From Candidatus Zixiibacteriota bacterium (GTDB lineage: Bacteria; Zixibacteria; MSB-5A5; GN15; FEB-12), in assembly GCA_028289585.1 (NCBI GenBank), contig JANQPI010000042.1, positions 87,337 to 151,336 on the forward strand: a stretch of 64,000 nucleotides of DNA, written 5' to 3'. The notes beneath the pieces are model-generated. The model was not told the origin of the DNA and searched no databases. It saw only the letters and a list, made by a program, of their open reading frames with translations. Of the stretch, positions 1 through 8,815 are shown piece after piece. Both the position numbers and the translations under genes were made by a program. Each line of letters starts with the position of its first letter. The first letter of the stretch is position 1.

Positions 1-2135
1 CCCGGTCGAAAGTCGATCTCTCGTGGACGACCACCGGCCATGTAGAGTGAATCGGAGATTCGCCGGCTATTGAGAACCTGACTGAGTGCGTCATTGATCG
101 TTCGATCCGTCTCGACATCTCCCGGCTCGGGCTGCGCGATACGGCGGGTGAGTGAAGTCGCCGCCTCGGAGCTTGAGACGATCCGCCTCAGGTGCGGTGC
201 GACTTCCGAAGTTTCGTCGATCTTCGATTCAGCCAACTGAGCTGATCCGAGGATAGCAAACAGGTGATTGCTGAGCTCATTGAAGAGACTACCGTCCTGA
301 ACGACAGATTCCGGACTCGAACCGGCGACACCTATCGCTTGGCGCGTCGTCACTGCCAGCAGAACTCCAGAGACCGCCAGCGCCGCCATCTGTTCGTTTT
401 CTGTCGCGGTCGAATCCGGTTCAAGGTGCGCAATAACCAAGAGCGTGCCTGAGCTAAGCGGTTCGAGCGGGAGCCAACTAACTCGCTGAACATTACCGGT
501 CGGGGGAAGAACTCCCGTTCCGCTCAGCACGCCAACCAAGGCCTGGCGCGGTCCCTCATCGGTGATTGATGCAAGCTTCCGTTGGGCGAGAGCATTAGCC
601 GCTCCAACGAGTTCAGCAACCGGGACCGAACCCTCGACCACGGTCGATTCGCGCAGACAGGAAAGTGTCGCCATCCCCTCTTCCCCGGGAAGCGAGACCA
701 GACAGACGACCGCCTCAGACGTCAACAACCGCTGAATCTCATCGCGCATCCGTTCCGCTTGTTGGTCCGCAGTAAGGTGATCAGGCACGGGCTGCGCCCA
801 GAGATCAAGAAGCGAGCTGAGCCGTTGGCGACGGGCCAATGATAGCCGTCGGGCATCCCGAGCAATGAGAGCAATACTGATCAGCCCACCCAGATATTCG
901 CAAAGACGAAGATCAAAATCAGTCAAATCCAGGGTCGTGTCTTCCCGGCGAATCACCAGCGCCGACGGCGGCAGAGCATCGGGAAGTTGAACCGGGACAA
1001 CCAACGTTGAAGCGAGATGAAAGCGATTCCCGGAACTGTCTGTTCCCTCTTGATTGATAACCATCGGACGCCCCTTACCGAGAACGTCCGGCAAAGCCGC
1101 TGCGAACTGCGGCGAAATACTCTGGTCCGGCAGAGCGTTCACCAGCCAGTCGATTCCTGCTGATGTCGCCTTCAGAATTGCGACCATCGAGCCCGGGAAA
1201 CGTTCCGCGGCAATCTGCTGCACCTCGGTCAACGGATCCGGCGCGAGCATCGCGTCGTGCGATGAGGCGAGAACAGATTCAAGGATGCCGCGTTGATTGT
1301 CAGCCATCTCTTGTGAGGAGCGTGCAACTTCGACCTCCCGCTGACGCCGCGTTAGGTCGATGCGGTCGGCGAGCCAGACACAGACCGAAGTAACCGCGGA
1401 AAGTGTCGCCGTATCGAATGACCCGCGGGATCGCCCGGTGATGATCAACAGTCCGACGGCATCGGTATCGCTGACGAGAGGTGCAATCAGAGCGGCATGG
1501 TTTCCGGAAAGGCGAAGTGACGCCAGCGTTGCGGCATCGTCGATTACTGCTGGAGCGCCAAGACCAAGAGCGTCGCGAATCGGGCCGATCTGCGTTCCCG
1601 TCTCCTCCAATGTCGACAGTGCTTCTCGGTCGAGTCGATGCTCCGCCGCGAGAACAAGGCGGGCCCGGCGACGGTGAATGAGAAAGATTGCCCCACCTGT
1701 TCCATCGAGTCGCGATACGAGTGCCGTCAAGGCACGTTGGAGGATAACCGGGAGAGCTCGCTGTCCGGTGGCGGCGACACGAACTTCGGCCGCGAGTCCC
1801 TGGCGTGCCTCGCGCCCGACAAACTCGTCCTCCCGAGACGCCCAGAGCTGTGCAAACTGTACGATCGCAACAGCGAGAAGGATAACTCCGATCAAGGCCA
1901 CCACGCCATGCGTGATGGACAGGATGGGATACGCCGGTTCAATAAAGAGATCTCGATAGGTTGGCGTGACGACGAACGCCTGCCACCCAACCGCGGCGAT
2001 TGTCAGCACCGACCCCAGACCGAACAGCCAGGCAACCGAGCGGCTGCTGACGATCTGAGACAATCGTTGCCAGACGGCAATCAGCACGACCGTCAGAACC
2101 GATGCCGCTACGACAACAACCCACGGTGAATCCAT
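1..2135 (-). CDS. Membrane-anchored GAF-domain sensor, histidine-kinase-like (3' end runs off window)
   Basis: Absent from the ORF track, consistent with no stop codon in the window. ATG (2135-2133) overlaps the miaB stop (TGATG). Manual translation of both ends: MDSPWVVVVAASVLTVVLIAVW, about 3 TM helices, a GAF-like segment (GGAIFLIHRRRARLVLAAEH...LIAPLVSDTDAVGLLII), and near 290-240 a HisKA-like helix SLFNELSNHLFAILGSAQLA in the same frame. Confidence 0.75.
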   Translation of the reverse strand, partial: MDSPWVVVVAASVLTVVLIAVWQRLSQIVSSRSVAWLFGLGSVLTIAAVGWQAFVVTPTYRDLFIEPAYPILSITHGVVALIGVILLAVAIVQFAQLWASREDEFVGREARQGLAAEVRVAATGQRALPVILQRALTALVSRLDGTGGAIFLIHRRRARLVLAAEHRLDREALSTLEETGTQIGPIRDALGLGAPAVIDDAATLASLRLSGNHAALIAPLVSDTDAVGLLIITGRSRGSFDTATLSAVTSVCVWLADRIDLTRRQREVEVARSSQEMADNQRGILESVLASSHDAMLAPDPLTEVQQIAAERFPGSMVAILKATSAGIDWLVNALPDQSISPQFAAALPDVLGKGRPMVINQEGTDSSGNRFHLASTLVVPVQLPDALPPSALVIRREDTTLDLTDFDLRLCEYLGGLISIALIARDARRLSLARRQRLSSLLDLWAQPVPDHLTADQQAERMRDEIQRLLTSEAVVCLVSLPGEEGMATLSCLRESTVVEGSVPVAELVGAANALAQRKLASITDEGPRQALVGVLSGTGVLPPTGNVQRVSWLPLEPLSSGTLLVIAHLEPDSTATENEQMAALAVSGVLLAVTTRQAIGVAGSSPESVVQDGSLFNELSNHLFAILGSAQLAESKIDETSEVAPHLRRIVSSSEAATSLTRRIAQPEPGDVETDRTINDALSQVLNSRRISDSLYMAGGRPREIDFRP

Positions 2136-3481
2136 CAGACGACCAGTTCTCCGTGGAGCGTAAATGCGTCCGCCGAGCTTACTTGTACGGGAACGATCGT
2201 CCCAATCGTCGGAGAACCGTTAGCAATAAGCACCGTCTTGTTGGTTTCAGTCCGCACCCGAATGATATCTTGCGAACGCTTCGACGTTCCCTCAACAAGG
2301 CATCGATGAACACGACCGATCTCGGCCTGATTACATTCATACGATATCTGCTGCTGCACTTGGATCAACTTGGTTAATCGCCGAATCTTCTCAGCCTCGG
2401 GGATGTCATCCTCGAATTCCCGAGCGGAGAGCGTTCCCGGTCGAACCGAATAGCGAAACATGAATGCGGTATCGTAGCGAACCCGACGGACCGCATCGAG
2501 GGTCATTTCGAACTCCGCCTCGGTTTCGGTGGGAAATCCGACAATAATATCGGTCGACAGCGCGACGTTGGGCAGCTGTTCCTTGATGTAGTCAACAACG
2601 CGCAGGTAATGAGCTACGCTGTAGAAACGACCCATCTTGCGCAACACACGATCCGAACCGCACTGGATCGGAAGATGGATGTGCGGCAGGATCTTTGGTT
2701 CATCGCGCATCGCATGAATAAGCTTCTTGGAGCAGTCTTTCGGATGCGACGTCATGTAGCGAATACGAGCGATTCCCGTTTCGCGAGCGACACGTAAGAG
2801 CAGATCAGCGAAATCGGTGTCGCCCGAATGATAGCTATTGACGTTCTGCCCAAGCAGATTGACTTCCACAACCCCCTCGGCAACCATGTCGCGAACGGCC
2901 GCAACAATGTAATCGGGCGAGTGGCTACGCTCCTTGCCGCGAACGAACGGTACAATGCAATACGTACAGTAGTTGTTACACCCGCGAGCAATGGTGACAA
3001 AGCCGGAGAACGGTGTCTCCTTGATTGGCTCGATCGCATCCATATCTTCATGCCCGAAGGCCGTCATGACGCGATCGGTTCCCTCGCGTCCTTCCAGAAC
3101 ATCGGGGAGCTCAAACTGTCGGTCGGTACCGAGCACGAAGTCGACGTGCGGGACTTGCCGAATCAGCTCATCACCCAGCCGCTGAGCCATGCAACCGACC
3201 ACCGCGACCTGGAGATCAGGACGTTCCTTCTTGAACCGATAGATCTCCCCCAGTCGGCCGTAGATACGGTCCTCAGCCTTTTCCCGAACCGAGCAGGTAT
3301 TCAGAATGATGATATCAGCATCCTCCTCCCGCTCCGCCCGCACATAGCCGCGGGTCAGAAGCGACTGCGCAATCGTGGAGGAATCGGCGAGGTTCATCTG
3401 GCACCCGTAGGTGCTGATATGAAACCGCCGACCGGTCTCAGGCTGGTAGGTAGTGCTCGTCATTCGCGGTAACTTTGCCAT
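2135..3481 (-). CDS. miaB: tRNA-2-methylthio-N6-dimethylallyladenosine synthase MiaB
   Basis: TYGCQMN, NTCSVREKAE, radical-SAM CNNYCTYC, STDIIVGFP, C-terminal TRAM-like region. Confidence 0.95.
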   Translation of the reverse strand: MAKLPRMTSTTYQPETGRRFHISTYGCQMNLADSSTIAQSLLTRGYVRAEREEDADIIILNTCSVREKAEDRIYGRLGEIYRFKKERPDLQVAVVGCMAQRLGDELIRQVPHVDFVLGTDRQFELPDVLEGREGTDRVMTAFGHEDMDAIEPIKETPFSGFVTIARGCNNYCTYCIVPFVRGKERSHSPDYIVAAVRDMVAEGVVEVNLLGQNVNSYHSGDTDFADLLLRVARETGIARIRYMTSHPKDCSKKLIHAMRDEPKILPHIHLPIQCGSDRVLRKMGRFYSVAHYLRVVDYIKEQLPNVALSTDIIVGFPTETEAEFEMTLDAVRRVRYDTAFMFRYSVRPGTLSAREFEDDIPEAEKIRRLTKLIQVQQQISYECNQAEIGRVHRCLVEGTSKRSQDIIRVRTETNKTVLIANGSPTIGTIVPVQVSSADAFTLHGELVV

Positions 3482-3608
3482 GGTTGGTGAGGCGTATCTG
3501 TACTATCTCATCAAGAAACCGTCGTGGATCGACCGAGCAAGCACAAAAGAGAGCCGCCAATCAATCCGATTGGCGGCCCGGGCTACGTCCTTGACTGTGA
3601 GATCGAAG

Positions 3609-5987
3609 CTACGGCAGCTCTGCTCCCTGGATGTCATCGTTGCACGGTGGCGGTCCATTCAGGAACAGATAGGAAATCAGTACCGTCAGATCCGGCAGCT
3701 CGACGAGATTATTGCAATCGGTGTCGCCGATGAGCAGCGACGGCTGCGGAGCGGCATTGACAAACGGTGAGATGAACAGGAAGCTGATTAACCGCGATAG
3801 ATCGGCGAGGTTGATCGTGCTGTCATAATTGACATCGCCGCGGAATCGCCAGACACGCAGGACGACCGGCACCTCCACCGGACTGTTGCTCGCTCCGGAT
3901 GATGACACAAGCAGCGTATCGAAATACTCGCCAAAGGGGAATCCAGCCCCATTGATATCGGCTCGATGAATCTCGCCGGCTTCTCCCGTCTGATTAACGG
4001 GGAACCACCAATCGACATCCTCGACAATCTCCCAACTCAGACACCCTCCATTCGGATTCTGAACGGTGAAGGCATTTTGTGTGTACGGCCCGCCGCCCTC
4101 CTTGTAAGGGATACCGACCTGACTCGTAGAGAGTTCGATCTCGGGAGCAATCGCCGGGGCAGCGACCGTAAACTCGACGATCACCTCAACCGGGCCACTC
4201 GGGTCTTTCGGCGAATCGAACGTGATCGTGTCGTAGTACACTCCGATCGGTAGTGTCGTTTGGAGTGGTGTGACCAGGAATGTTCGCGGAGCCGTTGCCG
4301 CGGTCGGCGACACGACAAAGTTGCTACTCGAGAATTGAGGAATGAGATCGACAGGATTGTCGCCACCAATGTTCGAGATAGAGAACGAACTCGGGAGATA
4401 CACCGAGTCACCCGACTGGCACTCGAACGTCCGCAGGCGAACCGTGTCCCGAGACGTGATAAGATTCGCCGGAGTCGCGACAAAGCGCAGGACAACCTCA
4501 ACGTCGAGTGGTGAGTTGATCGCTTCAGGGGACGTGATGGTGATCGTATCGCGAACCTCGGTCCCACCGAAGGCGGTCGGAACGTCGAAATCGAGGCGAA
4601 CGCTATCGGGCGCAACACCCGAACCATTGTCAACGTTCACAATCCGAGCGGCGCTCTCTGTAACGGAGTAGGTGAGCGACCCAATGCCGCCATTACGGAC
4701 CTCAAATGACCGCGAAAAGTTCGGCAGCTCAGCAAGGGCGACAACGAAGAACAGCGTCGACGAATCGAGTTCAATCGTCGGCAAGTTGCTGCCCAGATTC
4801 ACAGTTACCGGAATCTTGACCGGATCGTTCGTCGCTCCGGATGCGGTGACTGTAATCGTATCGGTGAACGTACCAAGTCCCAATGAGCTAATGTCAACCA
4901 CGACAGAGACGTCACCGGAGTCGACACCGGCCATCGGCATCAACGTTAACCACGGCTCCATATTGCTGACCGACCAGTTGAGCGTCCCGCCCCCCGCGTT
5001 CGTAATCGTCAATGTCCGTGGCGCCGGATTCGGATCACCAACCAACGCGTTGAACGTAAACGAGGGATCACTCACACCGATTTCCGGCAGCGGTTCAGCC
5101 AACGTGAATTCGACGTAAATATACTGCGGGTTGTTAGCCGCCGACGGAGCGTCCACCTCAATCGAATCGATGTAGAGACCAGGTGTCAATCCGGCCTGCG
5201 ATACCGACACCGAGACGTTACGCGGCGTCGTTCCAAACGACGGTACTTTGGATAGCCAGGGAGCGTTTTCGATAAGCGTGAACGGGAGTTGCTGTGCGGA
5301 CGATGTGATGTCAACCGACTGAGGCAACGGATTCCCTTCGCCGGCCACAGCAGCGAAGAAAAGACTGTCCGGAGCAACCTGGATGTTTGCCGGAGGCACA
5401 AACGCTGTGTCCCGGATGACAAGCGTGCCGGAGAACGCCGGGACGTACGGAATGTTATTCGGCGGTGGCGCAGCGATGATAAACTGCAACTCGGCCGCTG
5501 AGTTGAACGCATTGGTATCGATGACAACCGAGTCCGACAGTCCCCAGGACGTCGCAGTAAAATAGTAGGTCGCCATCAGCTGACGACCCGGATCGGGTTG
5601 GAGATTTGCTGCAAGTGCGACACCGGCAAACTGAAACAGTTGATTGGCGTTGGAGGAGTCGATGTTGTTCGCGAAGAAGACAAACCGCTGCAAATCAAAG
5701 GCAGCTAATGCGGCGGGCGAGAACACCGCCGAATCGAGTACGAAGTTGGGGTTGTCCCACGAGAAGCCACCGCCGGTCAAACCGATCGTGTTGGCATCAT
5801 TGAAGTACGATAACTCCAGAATGAGATCGGTCTGCGCCGTCGCAACATCGGGAATCGCCACCGCCTCGATAATGACGGTATCCGCAGCCCCCAAATCAGC
5901 GGGATCCTGCATGAATTGCGCCGGCACCGTTCCGCCCAGGCCGACGAGAAGAAGTGTGAGAAGAAGGCAAGTTCGCACGCGTGACAT
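3609..5987 (-). CDS. Secreted multidomain protein: signal peptide, cohesin-like domain, tandem BACON-like Ig repeats, C-terminal dockerin-like domain
   Basis: Start MSRVRTCLLL after SD GGGAGG; repeats of type TITNAGGGTLNWSVSN..PWL, DTITVTASGATNDP; C-terminal GDVNYDSTINLADLSRLISFLF / GDTDCNNLVELPDLTVLISYLF. Confidence 0.8.
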   Translation of the reverse strand: MSRVRTCLLLTLLLVGLGGTVPAQFMQDPADLGAADTVIIEAVAIPDVATAQTDLILELSYFNDANTIGLTGGGFSWDNPNFVLDSAVFSPAALAAFDLQRFVFFANNIDSSNANQLFQFAGVALAANLQPDPGRQLMATYYFTATSWGLSDSVVIDTNAFNSAAELQFIIAAPPPNNIPYVPAFSGTLVIRDTAFVPPANIQVAPDSLFFAAVAGEGNPLPQSVDITSSAQQLPFTLIENAPWLSKVPSFGTTPRNVSVSVSQAGLTPGLYIDSIEVDAPSAANNPQYIYVEFTLAEPLPEIGVSDPSFTFNALVGDPNPAPRTLTITNAGGGTLNWSVSNMEPWLTLMPMAGVDSGDVSVVVDISSLGLGTFTDTITVTASGATNDPVKIPVTVNLGSNLPTIELDSSTLFFVVALAELPNFSRSFEVRNGGIGSLTYSVTESAARIVNVDNGSGVAPDSVRLDFDVPTAFGGTEVRDTITITSPEAINSPLDVEVVLRFVATPANLITSRDTVRLRTFECQSGDSVYLPSSFSISNIGGDNPVDLIPQFSSSNFVVSPTAATAPRTFLVTPLQTTLPIGVYYDTITFDSPKDPSGPVEVIVEFTVAAPAIAPEIELSTSQVGIPYKEGGGPYTQNAFTVQNPNGGCLSWEIVEDVDWWFPVNQTGEAGEIHRADINGAGFPFGEYFDTLLVSSSGASNSPVEVPVVLRVWRFRGDVNYDSTINLADLSRLISFLFISPFVNAAPQPSLLIGDTDCNNLVELPDLTVLISYLFLNGPPPCNDDIQGAELP

Positions 5988-6152
5988 CGGAAGGCCTCCC
6001 TGTGCTGTGTCCAATTCGTTACGTTTACCTAACAGTCCCTGGCGACGAGAAGCGACAACTGAACCCGGACGCATGAACGGTATTATCGAGAGCATTGAAA
6101 CGAGAATATGCGTGACCGAGGGACGGCCGTCGCCGACTTGTCCCTATACACA

Positions 6153-6182
6153 AATATAGAGCGGAGGGTAGCTAACTGTCAA
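6153..6182 (-). promoter_or_regulatory. Putative sigma70 promoter for the BACON/dockerin gene
   Basis: TTGACA-18 nt-TATATT, about 160 nt upstream of ATG 5987. Confidence 0.6.
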
Positions 6183-6224
6183 GGGGTGGTCTACCCCCGC
6201 ACAGTTACCTGTTCGTGTGGATAA

Positions 6225-8720
6225 CTAGCGTCGTGACGAACGGCGACGGCGAGGAGATTTAGCCGCAGGTGAAGGGCGCCCTGTTTTACGGCCCCGTCGA
6301 TTGCGGGTGCGCGCTTTGTCGATCTCCTCGTGAAACAGTTTCTCGAGTGTGAAGCTGGACGGCTGGAAATCAAGCAAACAGATCGCAAACAATTCGTCGA
6401 CCCGTTCAACCAGGTGAAACGTTGTCTCACCAATGACTTCCGCGGGTAACTCCTTCAGATCCTTCTCATTCCCTTTCGGCAACACGATCTCGGTAATCCC
6501 CGCGCGGAACGCCGCCGCGACCTTCTCCTTGATCCCCGCCACCGGAAGAATGCGGCCACGCAACGTCATTTCACCGGTCATCGCGATGTCATTACGAATC
6601 GGCCGTTCGGCCAACACCGATGCGATAACCATGCAGACCGCTACACCGGCCGATGGACCGTCTTTGGGAATCGCCCCCGACGGAAAATGAATGTGGAGAT
6701 CAAACTCCCGAAAATCGTTCGGATCGATGCCCAGCACATCGGCTTTGGAGCGAACGTACGAGTGTGCAGCCTGGATCGATTCGCGCATCACATCGCCAAG
6801 CGATCCGGTCGTAATAATCTGCGCATCGCCGCGCATCTTCAGCCCTTCGATGAACATCAGTTCGCCCCCGGCCCCGGTCCAGGCCAGACCCGCGGCGGTT
6901 CCGATCTCGGGTGCTGTTTCCGCTACTTCAGGCATGTAGAGTGGGGTGCCAAGATAGCCGTCGAGATTCCGCTCAGTCAGTGTCCAGACCCGCTTCCGTC
7001 CCTCTGCCTTTTCGAGCGCAATCTTGCGGCAGATCTTCTCAATCTGCTGCGAGAATGCCAGCAAACCCGCCTCGCGCGTGTAGCCGGTGATAATCAGTGA
7101 CAGCGTACGATCGGAAAGTCGGACCTCTTTCCGCCTCAAACCATGGCGCTCGCAAATCTGCGGCAGGATGTACTTCTTCGCGATTTGGATCTTCTCACGC
7201 TCGATGAAGCTCGGCATTTCCAGGATGTCAAAGCGGGGAATGAACGGCTCCGGAAGATCCTCATAAGATTGCACCGAACAGATGAACAGAGCCTGACTAA
7301 AGTCAAAGGGGACACCAAGATACTCGTCGATGAAGCGATGATTCCGGCGGGCGTCGATGATGCTCAGCAACGCCATGTTCACGGCGGCATCGTTGTCGAG
7401 ATTGAAGACGTCGATATCCTCGACGAGAATGACGGGGTCGACAGTTCGACACTGGCGGAGCCGTCGCAGGAACCGACCGGACTGAGCTCCTAAGAAGGTC
7501 CGGGATACCCCCCGCAATGCCGTGGGATCATTGACACCGCCCACGGAGATACGAACAAACTCACGACCCATGGCACGAGCGACCGCTCGCGCCAACGAAG
7601 CCTTGCCCGTTCCGGGTGCTCCGACCAGACAGAGTGTCGGTCCGCGATCGGTCCCCCCCAGAAGTTGTCGCACCGAAAGTCGCTGAAGCACCTGTTCACG
7701 AACCGTCCTTGGGCCAAAGTAGTCCTGGACAAGGATGCCCTCAGCAACCCCAATATCGAGCCGCTGATTGGAGGTCTTTCCCCACGGCAAGTTGAGCAGG
7801 AGGTCGAGGTAGCTCTTGATAACGCCGAATTCGGATGAACCCGGCGAGAGTTCTTTCAAACGGTCGATCTCGATCCGGGCGCGGTTCACCACCTCCGGCG
7901 GCAGCTCCGTCCGCTCGGTCAGGATCTTAGTCCAGCGGGCAGCCTCTTTCTCCTCCCGAAAGTCCTCTCCCAACTGACGTTTGATCTCGACCAGTTGTTG
8001 GCGAAGCACGTGCCGCCGTTGGTCTTCCTCAATCTGCTTGCGAGCGTTCTCGTTGATCGAGAGAACAGTCGCGATCCGTGACCGCTCCTGCTCAAGACAC
8101 GATATCAGCTGCTCGTAGCGACTTTCCAGCGGGAGCGTTTCGAGAAGTTCCTGCTTGGCGCTCAGTGAGAAGTGGAACGATGCCGCCACCCGATCGGCTA
8201 ACAGGTCGGGATCCTCGCGGTTGTGCTCCAATACCCGGGACAACTCCGGCGAGTAGATCGGATCGAGCTGCGTGATCTCCGCAATCAGACGGAACGTCGT
8301 CGCGATTGCGTCCTGAAGACCGATCGATACCGAAGCTGCCGGCTCGAGTCGAGCCACGGCGGCCTGCAGCACCGGCTCGCCGGTTGCCACCGATTGGATG
8401 GCGACCCGCTCCCGCCCCTCGATGGTCGCCGACACCGAGCGCCCGGGTCCCTCCTGGAGATCGCGAACGATTGCGAGCGTACCAACCTGGTGGAGCGGCT
8501 GGCCGGTCGGGATCTCAATGTCGGCATGGGAATAGGCGCAGATGAACGAGGAATTGGACCGCAGGGCGGAGCGAAGCAGGCGCAGGTTCTCAGGACGGCC
8601 GATCTGCAACGTCAAGGTTGTTCGGGGGAAGAGTACCGCCGTCATGAGCGGCAATAGTGGGTAGACGGTATCCCGGTCGGCCGAGATGATAGGCAATGGA
8701 TGACGGCTACGTATAATCAT
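6225..8720 (-). CDS. lon: LonA-family protease with intact protease domain but degenerate AAA+ motifs
   Basis: LON N-domain (PLLPL...VLFP), GAPGTGKAS, VILVEDID, GLAWT, HIHFPSGAIPKDGPSAG (catalytic Ser), PVAGIKEK (Lys). Confidence 0.9.
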   Translation of the reverse strand: MIIRSRHPLPIISADRDTVYPLLPLMTAVLFPRTTLTLQIGRPENLRLLRSALRSNSSFICAYSHADIEIPTGQPLHQVGTLAIVRDLQEGPGRSVSATIEGRERVAIQSVATGEPVLQAAVARLEPAASVSIGLQDAIATTFRLIAEITQLDPIYSPELSRVLEHNREDPDLLADRVAASFHFSLSAKQELLETLPLESRYEQLISCLEQERSRIATVLSINENARKQIEEDQRRHVLRQQLVEIKRQLGEDFREEKEAARWTKILTERTELPPEVVNRARIEIDRLKELSPGSSEFGVIKSYLDLLLNLPWGKTSNQRLDIGVAEGILVQDYFGPRTVREQVLQRLSVRQLLGGTDRGPTLCLVGAPGTGKASLARAVARAMGREFVRISVGGVNDPTALRGVSRTFLGAQSGRFLRRLRQCRTVDPVILVEDIDVFNLDNDAAVNMALLSIIDARRNHRFIDEYLGVPFDFSQALFICSVQSYEDLPEPFIPRFDILEMPSFIEREKIQIAKKYILPQICERHGLRRKEVRLSDRTLSLIITGYTREAGLLAFSQQIEKICRKIALEKAEGRKRVWTLTERNLDGYLGTPLYMPEVAETAPEIGTAAGLAWTGAGGELMFIEGLKMRGDAQIITTGSLGDVMRESIQAAHSYVRSKADVLGIDPNDFREFDLHIHFPSGAIPKDGPSAGVAVCMVIASVLAERPIRNDIAMTGEMTLRGRILPVAGIKEKVAAAFRAGITEIVLPKGNEKDLKELPAEVIGETTFHLVERVDELFAICLLDFQPSSFTLEKLFHEEIDKARTRNRRGRKTGRPSPAAKSPRRRRSSRR

Positions 8721-8815
8721 AAACAGGAAGCGGTTCGGAGGTTATACCGATCCGCTCCCTGTAGGTATCGGCCGGAAAGCCGTTTTGATCCATGGTCTCC
8801 GCGAGGGAAAGACGA

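Noticed and set aside
264-2129. Many short plus-strand ORFs
   Set aside because: Explained by the long minus-strand frame 2135 to <1.
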